Positions 15,905-25,721 of a stretch of 32,000 bases of DNA are shown piece after piece (the first letter of the stretch is position 1; each line of letters begins with the position of its first letter). A program made the translations under genes and the position numbers. Origin of the DNA: Candidatus Saccharimonas aalborgensis. Its GTDB lineage: Bacteria; Patescibacteriota; Saccharimonadia; Saccharimonadales; Saccharimonadaceae. The notes beneath the pieces were generated by a model that saw only the letters and a program-made list of their open reading frames with translations, made no database searches and was not told the DNA's origin. The stretch is taken from contig NC_021219.1 of the NCBI RefSeq assembly GCF_000392435.1, forward strand, positions 60,001 through 92,000, given 5' to 3'.

Positions 15905-18900
15905 ATGAAAGCTGCGCTACAAGGTCACTCTCCGCATCAACTTTAAAGGGCAGTCGTATCGCCGACGATTTATCTTTACCGAGTACCATAATGATCTCTT
16001 GCTGTCCCGGATACGTATTGCAAGCTTTCTTGAGAGACAGCAGCGCGTCGTGATCGTCTGGATTTTTGACATGAACAAATAGTTTTGTGACGAGAGACGG
16101 AGGTACCGGTATGGCGGCTTGAGCGGGAACTGACTTCGGTGAAGAAGCGACAGCTTTTTTGCGCCGCGATACCACGGCAGTCTTTGGCGCATCCATCTTG
16201 CGACCTGTCGATTCATACTGGGCAAGTTCCCGATCGCTCACAATATCAATTGTCTCCGCGATCAATTTTGCCTCGTCACCTATACCACCTTCTCTATCAC
16301 GAGCACTTACTCTGCCCGTGATCTTGACGACCACGTCTTGATGCAGCTTGTCTCCCAGTTGCTCGTACAGATTTGGAAAAATGATGACCTCACATTCACT
16401 CGATTTGTCCTCTATGCCTGCAAATGCCATCTTAGTCCCTGCTTTTGTGATAATTGTCCTGAGCGTTGTCACGAGTCCACCGACGGTAACTGACTGACCA
16501 TCAATTTTTGGTGAGATATTGTGGAGCGGGATCGTTTGTTCCTCAAAAAATGCATCAAAATTATCGAGCGGATGGGCACTAATGTAAAGACCGAGCAGCT
16601 CTCGCTCCCACATGAGTTGTTCTTTCGAGGTATATTTTGCCGGTGAAGGAAGTAGCTCAACTGAGGGTAATAACTCGCTGCTTGCCCCCAAATCGCCAAA
16701 GAGATCGGTTTGACCGCTGAGCGCTTCTTTCTGCAGCTTGCTTGCGAAGCCCAAAAGTGTTTCTAGGTTGAATAACAAGTCTGATCGATCGCCAAGGGAG
16801 TCAAATGCACCAGATTTTATGAGCGCCTCCCACGTTTTTTTGTTGACTTTACTGGTACTGACACGCTTGGCAAAATCTTCTACTGAGGTAAATTTGCCAT
16901 CCGCATCCCTTGCGCGAATAATCTCCTCGACGGCAGCAGCGCCCACTCCCTTAACCGCGGCCATACCAAATCGTATCTGCTGTTTGTCCGGCACGATAGC
17001 AAACTCAAGGTAGGATTCATTGACGTCAGGGTTGAGAACCGTTAGCCCCATGTGTTTGCACTCGGTAATTTCAATCGCTAACCGATCGATATCACCCTGG
17101 TCGCTCGTCATCAATGCCGCCATAAACGCATCAGGATAGTGTGCCTTGAGATAGGCGGTCCAATACGCAATCAAACCGTAGCATGCCGAATGAGACTTGT
17201 TAAAGGCATAGTCAGCAAAGCCAAGGATATCGTGCCAGATTTTTTCGACCGTCGCCTTTGGGACACCATTGTTTACAGCACCATCGATAAACTGCGATCC
17301 CATTTTCTTTAGGACTTCAGGAATCTTCTTGCCAATTCCTTTTCGAAGCGTATCTGCCTCACCGCCCGTAAACCCTGACATCTCTTTGCTCATCTGCATC
17401 ACTTGCTCTTGGTAGACGATCACGCCGTACGTACTTGAGAGAGCATTCTTCGTGAGCTCGTGTTCGTAGGTAACCTTTTCGAGTCCGTTTTTGCGTTTGA
17501 CGAAACTATCGGTCAGTCCCGCCCCCAAAGGACCAGGTCGATACAAAGCACACATCGCGATGATATCTTCGAATTCCGTTGGTTTTAGCTCCCGCAGGTA
17601 GCGCTTCATGCCTGCCGACTCGAGCTGAAATACCCCCGTGGTTGCTCCTTGTTGCAATAATTCAAACGTCTTTGGATCATCCATGGGTAACGTTGAGAGA
17701 TCTATGTCATTTTTATATACTTTACGGATGATACGCATTGCATTGTTGATAATGGTAAGGTTTGACAGCCCAAGAAAGTCCATCTTGAGGAGTCCTAGTT
17801 CCTCGACGGGGCCCATTGGATACTGCGTAGCAACCACGCCTTTTTGTGCCATCTCAACCGGCACATAGCGCACAATATCATCAGGTGCAATGACCACGCC
17901 CGCAGCATGGACGCCATGGCTCCGGATGGTACCTTCGAGACGAACAGCAAAATCAAAGACTTGTTTTGCAATCGGATTTGTCTCGTATTCATGCTTCAGA
18001 TCATGATCCTCGACAATACTCACCCTGAGCGGTATATGCCGTCCCTGGTTTGGCGGTGGAATGAGTTTTGCCAGACGATCGCTCTCTGCATAGGGCACCT
18101 GCAAAACGCGGGCTACATCGCGAACCGCTGCACGAGCTGCCATTTTACCGAAGGTGACGATGTTGGCGACCCGACCCTCACCATACTTTTCGGAACAGTA
18201 TCGGATTACTTCGTCTCGGCGTGTATCCTGAATGTCAATATCAATATCCGGCATACTGATACGGTCAGGGTTGAGAAATCGCTCAAAAAGCAGATCGTAC
18301 TTCAGTGGGTCAAGATCAGTAATATTAAGCGCATAGGCCACAATCGACCCAGCCGCTGAGCCACGTCCCGGACCAAACACGATACCTCGATTTTTTCCCC
18401 AGTTGATAAAGTCTTGGACGATCAAGAAATAGCCTTCATAGCCCATTTTTTCCATGACGTCCATTTCCATTTTAGCGCGATCACGAACAACGTCAGATAA
18501 GTTTGAGGTAATTTTTTCGGGAGATAGCTTGGCCGCCTCCTCGGCAGATAGCGCGGTATAGCGGACCGCTAATCCCTGGTATACAAGCTTCTTTAGATAA
18601 CTGTGTTCTGTTTCACCTTTTGGCGTGGGATACTTTGGGATCAATATTTTGCCGAGCTCAAGCTCGACTGAGCAGCGATCGGCTATCCTGCGAGTATTTC
18701 GTATGATTTCTGGGTCGCTTTCTCCCCAACGAGCAATAATATCGCGCGGGTCGGTGAGATGAAGCTCAAACTCCTTGAGGCTCATGCGATTGGCGTCTGA
18801 AAGGAACGACCCGGTGCCAACACAGAGGAGGATTTCATGTGCTTCTCGATCATTATGCTCAAGATAATGTCCATCGCATGTTACAACCATAGGGATATCG

Positions 18901-19556
18901 AGCTCTTCACTCAACTTTCGTAGGCCATCATTGATCGTGGTCTGTACACTCCAGTGCCCAGGAGCATCAGGGTGGCCGTGATCTTGCAGCTCGAGGTAAT
19001 ACCGATCACCAAAAACAGATTTATACCAGGAGGCTGTCTCTTTCGCCGCTTTATAGTCGTTATTTTTGAGCGCTTCACCCAATTCACCACTTGCACAACC
19101 GCTCAGAATGATGAGACCATCGCCATACTCTTGTAGCAATTCATGATCCATGCGCGGCTTGTAGTATTTGCCTTCAAGCTCAGCTTTGCTCGCCATTACC
19201 ATGAGGTTGTGATAGCCCTGGTTGTTCATCGCAAGGATTGTGAGATGATACCGCAATTTATCCTTTGAGGGATCTCGATCAAACCTAGTCCGCGCCGCAA
19301 TATAGGCTTCGATACCAAGGATAGGCTGTATGTTTTCACCATTTGCCGCTTTATAAAACTCGAGGATACCGCTCATTGTGCCGTGATCGGTCACGGCAGC
19401 AGCCTGCATACCAAATGCCTTGACCTTGATGACAAGTTCGTTAATTTTTGTCAGCCCATCGAGAAGCGAGTAGTGACTATGATTGTGCAAATGAACAAAA
19501 TCGCTCGGCTGCAGCGAAGTAGTCGGTGCTGTTTCTGTTGTCTTGGCTCTCCCCAT
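15870..19556 (-). CDS. dnaE: DNA polymerase III alpha subunit
   Basis: 1228 aa. PHP domain FVHLHNHSHYSLLDG, the polymerase core, and a C-terminal OB region. Confidence 0.95.
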   Translation of the reverse strand: MGRAKTTETAPTTSLQPSDFVHLHNHSHYSLLDGLTKINELVIKVKAFGMQAAAVTDHGTMSGILEFYKAANGENIQPILGIEAYIAARTRFDRDPSKDKLRYHLTILAMNNQGYHNLMVMASKAELEGKYYKPRMDHELLQEYGDGLIILSGCASGELGEALKNNDYKAAKETASWYKSVFGDRYYLELQDHGHPDAPGHWSVQTTINDGLRKLSEELDIPMVVTCDGHYLEHNDREAHEILLCVGTGSFLSDANRMSLKEFELHLTDPRDIIARWGESDPEIIRNTRRIADRCSVELELGKILIPKYPTPKGETEHSYLKKLVYQGLAVRYTALSAEEAAKLSPEKITSNLSDVVRDRAKMEMDVMEKMGYEGYFLIVQDFINWGKNRGIVFGPGRGSAAGSIVAYALNITDLDPLKYDLLFERFLNPDRISMPDIDIDIQDTRRDEVIRYCSEKYGEGRVANIVTFGKMAARAAVRDVARVLQVPYAESDRLAKLIPPPNQGRHIPLRVSIVEDHDLKHEYETNPIAKQVFDFAVRLEGTIRSHGVHAAGVVIAPDDIVRYVPVEMAQKGVVATQYPMGPVEELGLLKMDFLGLSNLTIINNAMRIIRKVYKNDIDLSTLPMDDPKTFELLQQGATTGVFQLESAGMKRYLRELKPTEFEDIIAMCALYRPGPLGAGLTDSFVKRKNGLEKVTYEHELTKNALSSTYGVIVYQEQVMQMSKEMSGFTGGEADTLRKGIGKKIPEVLKKMGSQFIDGAVNNGVPKATVEKIWHDILGFADYAFNKSHSACYGLIAYWTAYLKAHYPDAFMAALMTSDQGDIDRLAIEITECKHMGLTVLNPDVNESYLEFAIVPDKQQIRFGMAAVKGVGAAAVEEIIRARDADGKFTSVEDFAKRVSTSKVNKKTWEALIKSGAFDSLGDRSDLLFNLETLLGFASKLQKEALSGQTDLFGDLGASSELLPSVELLPSPAKYTSKEQLMWERELLGLYISAHPLDNFDAFFEEQTIPLHNISPKIDGQSVTVGGLVTTLRTIITKAGTKMAFAGIEDKSSECEVIIFPNLYEQLGDKLHQDVVVKITGRVSARDREGGIGDEAKLIAETIDIVSDRELAQYESTGRKMDAPKTAVVSRRKKAVASSPKSVPAQAAIPVPPSLVTKLFVHVKNPDDHDALLSLKKACNTYPGQQEIIMVLGKDKSSAIRLPFKVDAESDLVAQLSSIFGSECIATK

Positions 19557-19597
19557 AGTTCTCTCACTAGTATACGCGACCGAGTCTCTAGTCGGAA

Positions 19598-19873
19598 CTA
19601 TTTTTGAGTCAAAAGACGAACAATTTTATCGAGAAAGTCGCCAATCGGTGGTACCCAACCCGAGAGAAGTGTCAAAATCGATACAAACAGAGCGACAAGC
19701 AGCGTCGCCCCAAGAAAACTACCAAAGCCAAAGAAGACACCGCGAATGAAATTGATTTTGTAAACACTGAAGCGATTGCGATTGAAATCGTTGAACAAAT
19801 CTTCAATCACCGCCTGTCTGGCGTCACGCTCATCCGCGGCTCGTGGTTGCTTTGGTTGCTTTTTTTCAGCCAT
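19598..19873 (-). CDS. Small membrane protein (91 aa), DUF5665-like by eye
   Basis: Basic N-terminus followed by two hydrophobic segments. It lies 2 nt downstream of the YtxH gene. Confidence 0.6.
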   Translation of the reverse strand: MAEKKQPKQPRAADERDARQAVIEDLFNDFNRNRFSVYKINFIRGVFFGFGSFLGATLLVALFVSILTLLSGWVPPIGDFLDKIVRLLTQK

Positions 19874-19875
19874 TA

Positions 19876-20193
19876 CTACTTTGTAGAGTCGTCTTTTTTG
19901 AACTCGCCCTTTGCGGCATCGACTGCTCGCTCAGCTCGCTCGCGATAATCAGCAACGGTTTTTTTGCCTTCGGCCACTGCGGTATCAACTTGCTTTCGAG
20001 TGTCATTATAGACTTTTTCGCTTTTCGACTTTACTTCATCGGCTTTTTTAGCAGCCTGACTTTTAAGCTCATCTGCTTTGACTTTTAGATCAGCTCTGGT
20101 TTCTTTGCCAGATTTTGGAGCTGTCAATACACCCGCGACAACTCCTGCCAGTGCTCCAAATATTGCTCCGAGTGCAAATTTTCCTTTTGACAT
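19876..20193 (-). CDS. YtxH-domain protein
   Basis: GAIFGALAGVVAGVLTAPKSGKETR followed by a charged coiled region. Confidence 0.8.
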   Translation of the reverse strand: MSKGKFALGAIFGALAGVVAGVLTAPKSGKETRADLKVKADELKSQAAKKADEVKSKSEKVYNDTRKQVDTAVAEGKKTVADYRERAERAVDAAKGEFKKDDSTK

Positions 20194-20203
20194 AGTTCCT
20201 CCT

Positions 20204-20458
20204 TTATTTATCCTTAGTTTTTTTGATAAAGTTTGCCATCATTTTTGCGATCGCTGCTGGCGCAGCAAATTTGGCCGCCGACTCAGCGGCACCGGCAAAT
20301 TTCAGCGTAGCCTTCTCGGCAGTAGTGGTAATCGATCGTATTTGCTTCGTAACCTTTATGAGAAGTAAGGTCAGAACGATTGCCAGTACCAGAAACAGCG
20401 CCAGGAACACTGATAGTATGATGACAAGCACTTGTGCCCATTCCATAGTTGATGACAC
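20204..20458 (-). CDS. Small membrane-anchored protein (84 aa), DUF948-like by eye
   Basis: One TM helix followed by an Ala/Lys-rich helix. The start is GTG, or possibly the internal ATG at 20446. Confidence 0.6.
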   Translation of the reverse strand: MSSTMEWAQVLVIILSVFLALFLVLAIVLTLLLIKVTKQIRSITTTAEKATLKFAGAAESAAKFAAPAAIAKMMANFIKKTKDK

Positions 20459-20550
20459 TCCTTTTTATGCTATTTGCTTCATTTACTGAAGCACTACTCT
20501 TAGTATACTCTCACACGCGGGCTATACTGTGAAAATCTTCACTTTAACGA

Positions 20551-21444
20551 CTAATTTGCGATACGATCAGTCTCAATTACTTCCGGAATAGCCCGCCGAA
20601 CATCCTCGGCATAATCTTCGTTATCGAGAACGTATTTGAGATGAGCGAGGAAATAATTTTTTGGATCACCCGTTGTCACCCATTGACCTTCTGTCTTTAC
20701 GACATAGATATCACCCCGTGATACCATTGCCGTGATGGCATCGACCGTCCACAGCTCATCGTCAAGCCCTTCGTTGCCGGGTTTGAGATGGTCAAATATT
20801 TCTGTCGTGACCAAATAGCGACCATACGAAACGAGTGTCGACGGGGCTTTGTCAACCGGCGGCTTCTCGACGATATAGTCAAGCTTATCACCGTCTTTTA
20901 GTGATACGATACCGTATTTGTCGACGGCCGATGGGTCTACTTCCTGTGCCATGATGATGGCTTTTGCGTCGGGATGTTTTTCGTAGGCGTCAATCAACGA
21001 TTTTGCATCAGACGATCCAAAGACAACGTCGTCGCTATAGAGCACGATGAATGCCTCATCCTCACCAAAGTAATCGCGTGCACTTGCAATCGGCGAACCA
21101 TTACCATAGGGCAACGCAGGGTCTTGCACAATAACGCGGATCTTTGGTAAATCGAGCACCTGAAGTACCGTTGAGTTGTAGCGCTCAACTTTGCCTTGTG
21201 CTACCAATTGTTTGCGAATATGATTGACTGCGTTGCCAAAATAATCCTCATAAATGGGTTTTCCCTCTGGGGTAGCGACGATGATAATTTCCCTGATCCC
21301 TGCTTCAGCACATTCCTCGACAGCCATTTGAATGATCGGTTTGTTTCCAAATGGCAGCATTGCCTTAGGAATTGTCTTAGTGATTGGGAGGTAGCGGCTT
21401 GCATAGCCTGCGTCAGTGATGATAGCTTTTGTTGGTCGCTGCAT
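20551..21444 (-). CDS. galU: UTP-glucose-1-phosphate uridylyltransferase
   Basis: KAIITDAGYASRYLPITKTIPKAMLPFGNKPIIQ is the nucleotidyltransferase signature. AAGGGGG SD lies 5 nt before the ATG. Confidence 0.88.
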   Translation of the reverse strand: MQRPTKAIITDAGYASRYLPITKTIPKAMLPFGNKPIIQMAVEECAEAGIREIIIVATPEGKPIYEDYFGNAVNHIRKQLVAQGKVERYNSTVLQVLDLPKIRVIVQDPALPYGNGSPIASARDYFGEDEAFIVLYSDDVVFGSSDAKSLIDAYEKHPDAKAIIMAQEVDPSAVDKYGIVSLKDGDKLDYIVEKPPVDKAPSTLVSYGRYLVTTEIFDHLKPGNEGLDDELWTVDAITAMVSRGDIYVVKTEGQWVTTGDPKNYFLAHLKYVLDNEDYAEDVRRAIPEVIETDRIAN

Positions 21445-21468
21445 GATTCCCCCTTTTCTTTATCTGTA

Positions 21469-22926
21469 TTACAATTTTTGTCGGATAAGTTTTTGCGCCA
21501 GAGCGGGATTGGCTTTGCCCTGAGACCGTTTCATGACCTGGCCAACAAGATAGCCGATCGCTTTGTCCTTGCCGGCCTTGATATCATCGAGGGATTGCTT
21601 TGAAGCTGGATCAGCCAACACGTCATCAACAATCTCGGCAATAGCAGACTCATCGCTTACCTGCAGTAGATTCTTCTGCTCTGCGATCATCAATGGCGCA
21701 TCTCCAGACGCCAACATTTCGAAAAGTATCGAGACCGCTCCGTTACTACTTACCGTATCGTCTATCGCCATTTGCGCAAGATCTACCAGATGTTTCTGCT
21801 GCAAGTGTTTGTTGTTCCACGTATCCATGCCGGCACTTACCCTACCCTGAACATCGATAATCAGCCAATTTAATATACGGCGACGCTGTTCACCACTCAG
21901 ATTTGTGGCAAGCTCTGCGATAAATGATCGGACAGAAGCGTCACAAATACCAAGTGCCGTCTCAATCATCGCATGATCAAGTCCTGCTTCACTGAGGATA
22001 TGGCGAAGCTCATGAGGAAGCATCGGCATGTCAGCTTGAATCTGCTCGATTTCTTCGTCGGATACTATAATTGGCGGAATATCGGGATCGGGCATATAGC
22101 GATAATCCTGCGCATCTTCTTTGCTCCGTTGGCTAGTGGTGATGCCCTTGTCATCATTCCACCCTCTCGTTTCCTGGACCACGCGTTCACCTTTTTTGAG
22201 CAAGGCGACTTGACGTTCAAATTCATACTGAGCTGCTCGTTCAACACTGCGGAAACTATTGAGGTTTTTTACTTCTGCTCGCTTGCCAAGCTCTTTTGCC
22301 CCTTTGGGCGCGACGGAAATATTGACATCGAAGCGCATATTGCCGTGATAGAGATCACCATGACTGACACCAGAATATGTCATCAAACGGTGGAGCTCAG
22401 TCACATAGGCTCGCGCCTCTGCCGGACTGTGCATATCTGGCTCAGAGACAATTTCGATCAACGGCGTGCCTGCACGGTTGAGATCAACCAAACTATAGCC
22501 GGAGTAGTGCGTCAACTTGCCCGCATCGGATTCGATATGTGCGTGGTGAATGCGCACATGTACTGGGGTACCGTCTTCAAGCACCGTATCGACGTAGCCA
22601 GCGAGGATGGTAGGTTGATACATCTGCGTGATCTGGTAGCCACTGGGCAAATCTGGGTAAAAATAATGTTTGCGGTCAAACCGACTAACGCGGGCAATCT
22701 CAGCATTCAACGCCTTGCCAGCCCGAATTGCGAGATCAACTGCGTGTCGGTTGAGAACTGGTAGCATACCAGGTAACCCATAGTCGATCGGGTGAACTTT
22801 GCTATTTGGTTCTGCCTCCCGCGCATCGTTATCGGCGGGGCTAAACAGCTTTGTCGCCGTCGCCAACTGTACGTGGCATTCGATGCCGATGGTCATCTCA
22901 TAGGTATCAAGGGTGTCACTACTCAT
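21469..22926 (-). CDS. gatB: Asp/Glu-tRNA amidotransferase subunit B
   Basis: Contains IGIECHVQL and FDRKHYFYPDLPSGYQITQ, plus the C-terminal YqeY-like tail. Confidence 0.95.
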   Translation of the reverse strand: MSSDTLDTYEMTIGIECHVQLATATKLFSPADNDAREAEPNSKVHPIDYGLPGMLPVLNRHAVDLAIRAGKALNAEIARVSRFDRKHYFYPDLPSGYQITQMYQPTILAGYVDTVLEDGTPVHVRIHHAHIESDAGKLTHYSGYSLVDLNRAGTPLIEIVSEPDMHSPAEARAYVTELHRLMTYSGVSHGDLYHGNMRFDVNISVAPKGAKELGKRAEVKNLNSFRSVERAAQYEFERQVALLKKGERVVQETRGWNDDKGITTSQRSKEDAQDYRYMPDPDIPPIIVSDEEIEQIQADMPMLPHELRHILSEAGLDHAMIETALGICDASVRSFIAELATNLSGEQRRRILNWLIIDVQGRVSAGMDTWNNKHLQQKHLVDLAQMAIDDTVSSNGAVSILFEMLASGDAPLMIAEQKNLLQVSDESAIAEIVDDVLADPASKQSLDDIKAGKDKAIGYLVGQVMKRSQGKANPALAQKLIRQKL

Positions 22927-22927
22927 C

Positions 22928-23353
22928 TTAGATAGCTCCCAAATCTTTCAAGGCTTGTTTGTAGGCGCTGAGCGAGCGCAGGGCTATATCGGGCGTAACA
23001 TGCACGTCCGTTTCATGAGCCAGTTGGTTGCGAATCTTGTGTGCACCCCAGACGTGATTGGCATTTGTCCAGATGTTTTGAGCAGATTTCATTCGTTCGC
23101 CCATTGTCTCGCCCTTAATATGTCGCTCTTTGAGCGCGAGATCCAGCAATTTATCTGCATTGAGTATCGCCATTGGGTAACTTTGCGGGTTTTCTCGGCT
23201 CAAGCTATTCTCGATCTCAAGCCATTTCGTTTGGTACTTCTGCGAGTCGAGGCTCGGGACGCCCCGTCTCGACATCGTCAGGTAGACGACCAAAATAATG
23301 GCAACAATCAAAACGCTCACAAGGAGAAAGAAACTAGCGGGATTTTGAGTCAT
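22928..23353 (-). CDS. Membrane-anchored alpha-helical protein with a DUF4145/HEPN-like RNxxxH motif, embedded in gatCAB
   Basis: N-terminal TM helix FFLLVSVLIVAIILVVYL. C-terminal NADKLLDLALKE...GETMGERM...AHKIRNQLAHE. Its ATG overlaps the gatA stop (ATGA at 23350-23353) and its stop is 1 nt before the gatB ATG. Confidence 0.65.
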   Translation of the reverse strand: MTQNPASFFLLVSVLIVAIILVVYLTMSRRGVPSLDSQKYQTKWLEIENSLSRENPQSYPMAILNADKLLDLALKERHIKGETMGERMKSAQNIWTNANHVWGAHKIRNQLAHETDVHVTPDIALRSLSAYKQALKDLGAI

Positions 23354-24753
23354 TCTTTGGCCTCCATACTTCCAGCAAGTGCCAGCATCGCTGCATCGCT
23401 CTTGGCCGGTCCGATAAGTTGTATCCCGATTGGCAAGCCGGCTTTTGAGACGCCGGCCGGCACGCTCAGTGCTGGCAAGCCAGCAAGACTTGCCGGGACG
23501 GTCATGACATCGGCTAGATACATTTTTACGGGGTCGTCTGTGTTTTCGCCGATACCAAATGCGGGTGTCGGTGCTGTCGGCAAAATCAGGAAATCATACT
23601 GAGAAAACAATGTATCGAATGCTTGGATCAACAACGTCCTAGCTTTTTGCGCCTGCAAATAGTAGGCATCAAAGAAGCCGCTGCTCAACACGTAGCTACC
23701 GATCATGATACGGCGCTTGTTTTCAGTAACAAATCCTTCATCGCGCGAACGTCCGTAGAGTTCTGCCAGTGTTTTTACGTCGTGCGCACGGTACCCGTAG
23801 CGTATCCCGTCAAACCGCGCGAGATTGCTACTCACCTCTGCTGGAATGATGATGTAGTACATAGCGAGGGTGTATTTGAGGAGTGGCATCTCGACTTCCT
23901 CGACGACATGTCCCGCCGCACGCAGACGCTCGACATATTCGAGCGTACAACCGCGAACCTCTTGATCGACATCATCTGACATCGCATCTTTGACAAGACC
24001 AATACGTAGCTTCGGCTGTACAAACGTTGTCGGCTCAAAGAAATCAGGTAGTGTCGTCATGTCCTTTTCGTCGCGGCCAGCCATAATGCTTGTCACGAGC
24101 GCCACATCCTCAGCGCATTTCGCGAAACATCCCATGGTATCCGTGCTACTCGCCATCGCTACTACTCCATAGCGGCTACTGGTACCATAGGTTGGCTTGT
24201 AACCATATACGCCGTTGAAGCTTGCAGGCTGCCGGATAGAGCCACCCGTATCACTACCGAGGGCAAATGGTACGATATCGAGTGCGGTCACTACTGCCGA
24301 TCCGCCCGAACTACCACCAGCAACTTTTGTCTGATCGACGGCATTTTTTGTCACGCCGTAGGCAGAGTTTTCGGTCGAAGCGCCATGAGCGAAAGCGTCG
24401 AGGTTACTCTTGCCGATACAGATGGCACCCGCCGCCTCAAGTTTGTCGACAACCGTTGCCTGGAGCGGAGCCTGGAAGTTCTCGAGTATCTTTACAGCAG
24501 CGGTCGTCGGTGCGCCAAACGCAAGATAGTTGTCTTTGACGACAAATGGTACACCCGCGAGTGGACCGACAGATTCACCGCTAGCGATACGTGTATCTAT
24601 CTCATCTGCTCGTTTGAGAGCACGATCAGCCGTCAGGCTGAGAAGCGCATGATAACCTTTGGCTTCCTTTGCCTTAGCGAGAGCTGTCTCAACTTCTTGG
24701 CGGGCGGTTGTGTCACCATTTACAATACGCGCAACTCGGTCAGTTATCTTCAT
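23350..24753 (-). CDS. gatA: Glu-tRNA(Gln) amidotransferase subunit A
   Basis: Amidase signature GGSSGGSAVVTA...GSDTGGSIRQPA. Confidence 0.95.
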   Translation of the reverse strand: MKITDRVARIVNGDTTARQEVETALAKAKEAKGYHALLSLTADRALKRADEIDTRIASGESVGPLAGVPFVVKDNYLAFGAPTTAAVKILENFQAPLQATVVDKLEAAGAICIGKSNLDAFAHGASTENSAYGVTKNAVDQTKVAGGSSGGSAVVTALDIVPFALGSDTGGSIRQPASFNGVYGYKPTYGTSSRYGVVAMASSTDTMGCFAKCAEDVALVTSIMAGRDEKDMTTLPDFFEPTTFVQPKLRIGLVKDAMSDDVDQEVRGCTLEYVERLRAAGHVVEEVEMPLLKYTLAMYYIIIPAEVSSNLARFDGIRYGYRAHDVKTLAELYGRSRDEGFVTENKRRIMIGSYVLSSGFFDAYYLQAQKARTLLIQAFDTLFSQYDFLILPTAPTPAFGIGENTDDPVKMYLADVMTVPASLAGLPALSVPAGVSKAGLPIGIQLIGPAKSDAAMLALAGSMEAKE

Positions 24754-24755
24754 GA

Positions 24756-25046
24756 CTACAATACCTGCGGCACTTTCACACTATGATCGGCTTGCTCAGG
24801 AGCAAGCGCCAGCAGCGCCTCGCGGTCAGCAGCACCTTGACGCACGACATCATCGCGCCATACATTTTCGAGTCCCGATACTTGGTAGGTTGGTTCGACA
24901 TTCGACGTATCGAGCTCACTGAGCTGGTGGACATAGTTGAGAATATTCTCCAGATCGACCTGGAGTGCCGCTAGTTCGTCATCGCTGAGTTGCAAGTTAC
25001 TTAACTGTGCGAGATGCCGCACGTCGTCGGTGGTGATAGTGCTCAT
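24756..25046 (-). CDS. gatC: Asp/Glu-tRNA amidotransferase subunit C
   Basis: 96 aa, VRHLAQLSNLQLSDDELAALQVDLENILNYVHQL, directly upstream of gatA. Confidence 0.9.
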   Translation of the reverse strand: MSTITTDDVRHLAQLSNLQLSDDELAALQVDLENILNYVHQLSELDTSNVEPTYQVSGLENVWRDDVVRQGAADREALLALAPEQADHSVKVPQVL

Positions 25047-25092
25047 TTGTACGTATTATAGCGCATCTATCGTTGTTTTGAAAAGCAAAGGA

Positions 25093-25121
25093 TTGACTAA
25101 ATAAATCATGTGTGTTATAAT
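25093..25121 (+). promoter_or_regulatory. Consensus promoter TTGACT-17 nt-TGtTATAAT reading into cassette 2
   Basis: ttgact at 25093-25098, tataat at 25116-25121, 17-nt spacer ending in tgt (extended -10). AT-rich, divergent from gatC. Confidence 0.7.
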
Positions 25122-25194
25122 AAGATCAATGTCTTAGGAATACATCCTTTCGTTGACAGCAACTTTAACAAGCTAGGAATACGCCTTCATTCCT

Positions 25195-25240
25195 GAATCG
25201 CACCGACTCATCAAACATACTTGATGGATGAGTGCGATTC
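25195..25240 (+). promoter_or_regulatory. Leader hairpin in the 5' UTR of the 130-aa ORF
   Basis: gaatcgcac (25195-25203) pairs with gtgcgattc (25232-25240), and actcatc with gatgagt inside; about 16 bp with a 2-nt bulge. Confidence 0.5.
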
Positions 25241-25278
25241 GGGAAGCTCAGTACCGACGCAGAAGTGGAGCCCATATC

Positions 25279-25671
25279 ATGAACTTCACTCGTATCGGCC
25301 GTCGTAACCGTGGCCGCACCGGTGCGGCGCTGCTCGTCATCGTCGGGCTCATCGCCGTCATCTGGTACATGGTGGCGGCGAACACCACCCACACGACGAC
25401 CATCACGGTCTGCAACAAGGAGCGGGTCGCGGTCAAGAACTCCGGTGAGTACCGGATCTACGCCGCCGAGGGGACGTTCGTCATGGCGGACTCCCTGCTC
25501 GGGACGGTCCGCTACGACACGGCGGACGCCTACGCGAAGGTGAAGCCCAAGACGACCTACGACGTCGTCTACAAGGGCTGGCGCATCCCCTTCTTCAGTT
25601 CGTTCCCCAACTTGCTCGAGCTCAAGGAGTCGGCCACGCAGCACCCGGAGGCCTGCGCCAACTTCGGCTGA
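25279..25671 (+). CDS. GC-rich single-pass membrane protein of unknown function (130 aa)
   Basis: Track ORF 25228-25671. ATG 25279 has GGAG 8 nt upstream. The basic N-terminus RIGRRNRGR precedes the TM helix AALLVIVGLIAVIWYMVAA. All but about 8 codons end in G/C. C-terminal motif YKGWRIPFFSSFPN. Confidence 0.65.
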   Translation: MNFTRIGRRNRGRTGAALLVIVGLIAVIWYMVAANTTHTTTITVCNKERVAVKNSGEYRIYAAEGTFVMADSLLGTVRYDTADAYAKVKPKTTYDVVYKGWRIPFFSSFPNLLELKESATQHPEACANFG

Positions 25672-25684
25672 CCGTCGGCAACGC

Positions 25685-25721
25685 GTGCGGGCTGGCGGGA
25701 CCTTGTCCCACCAGCCCGCAC
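25685..25721 (+). terminator. 17-bp GC-rich hairpin 3' of the 130-aa ORF
   Basis: gtgcgggctggcgggac (25685-25701) pairs with gtcccaccagcccgcac (25705-25721) with one C-A mismatch. There is no U-tract, as in high-GC organisms. Confidence 0.5.

Noticed and set aside
21973-23602. 263-aa and 229-aa plus-strand ORFs antisense to gatB, the 141-aa gene and gatA
   Set aside because: They overlap strongly supported minus-strand genes, and have no start context and no recognisable motifs.
25129-25137. Two-codon ORF ATG TCT TAG placed 7 nt after the consensus -10
   Set aside because: It is too short to call a gene. It may be chance or a remnant of a start site disrupted by the cassette, and is noted inside the cassette 2 finding only.
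25165-25644. Track ORFs of 159 aa (-), 62 aa (-) and 77 aa (+) overlapping the 130-aa gene in cassette 2
   Set aside because: The reasoning is the same as for cassette 1. They are Arg/Pro-rich alternative or antisense frames without SD, while 25279-25671 has the SD, the GC3 bias and a sensible TM-plus-domain layout.
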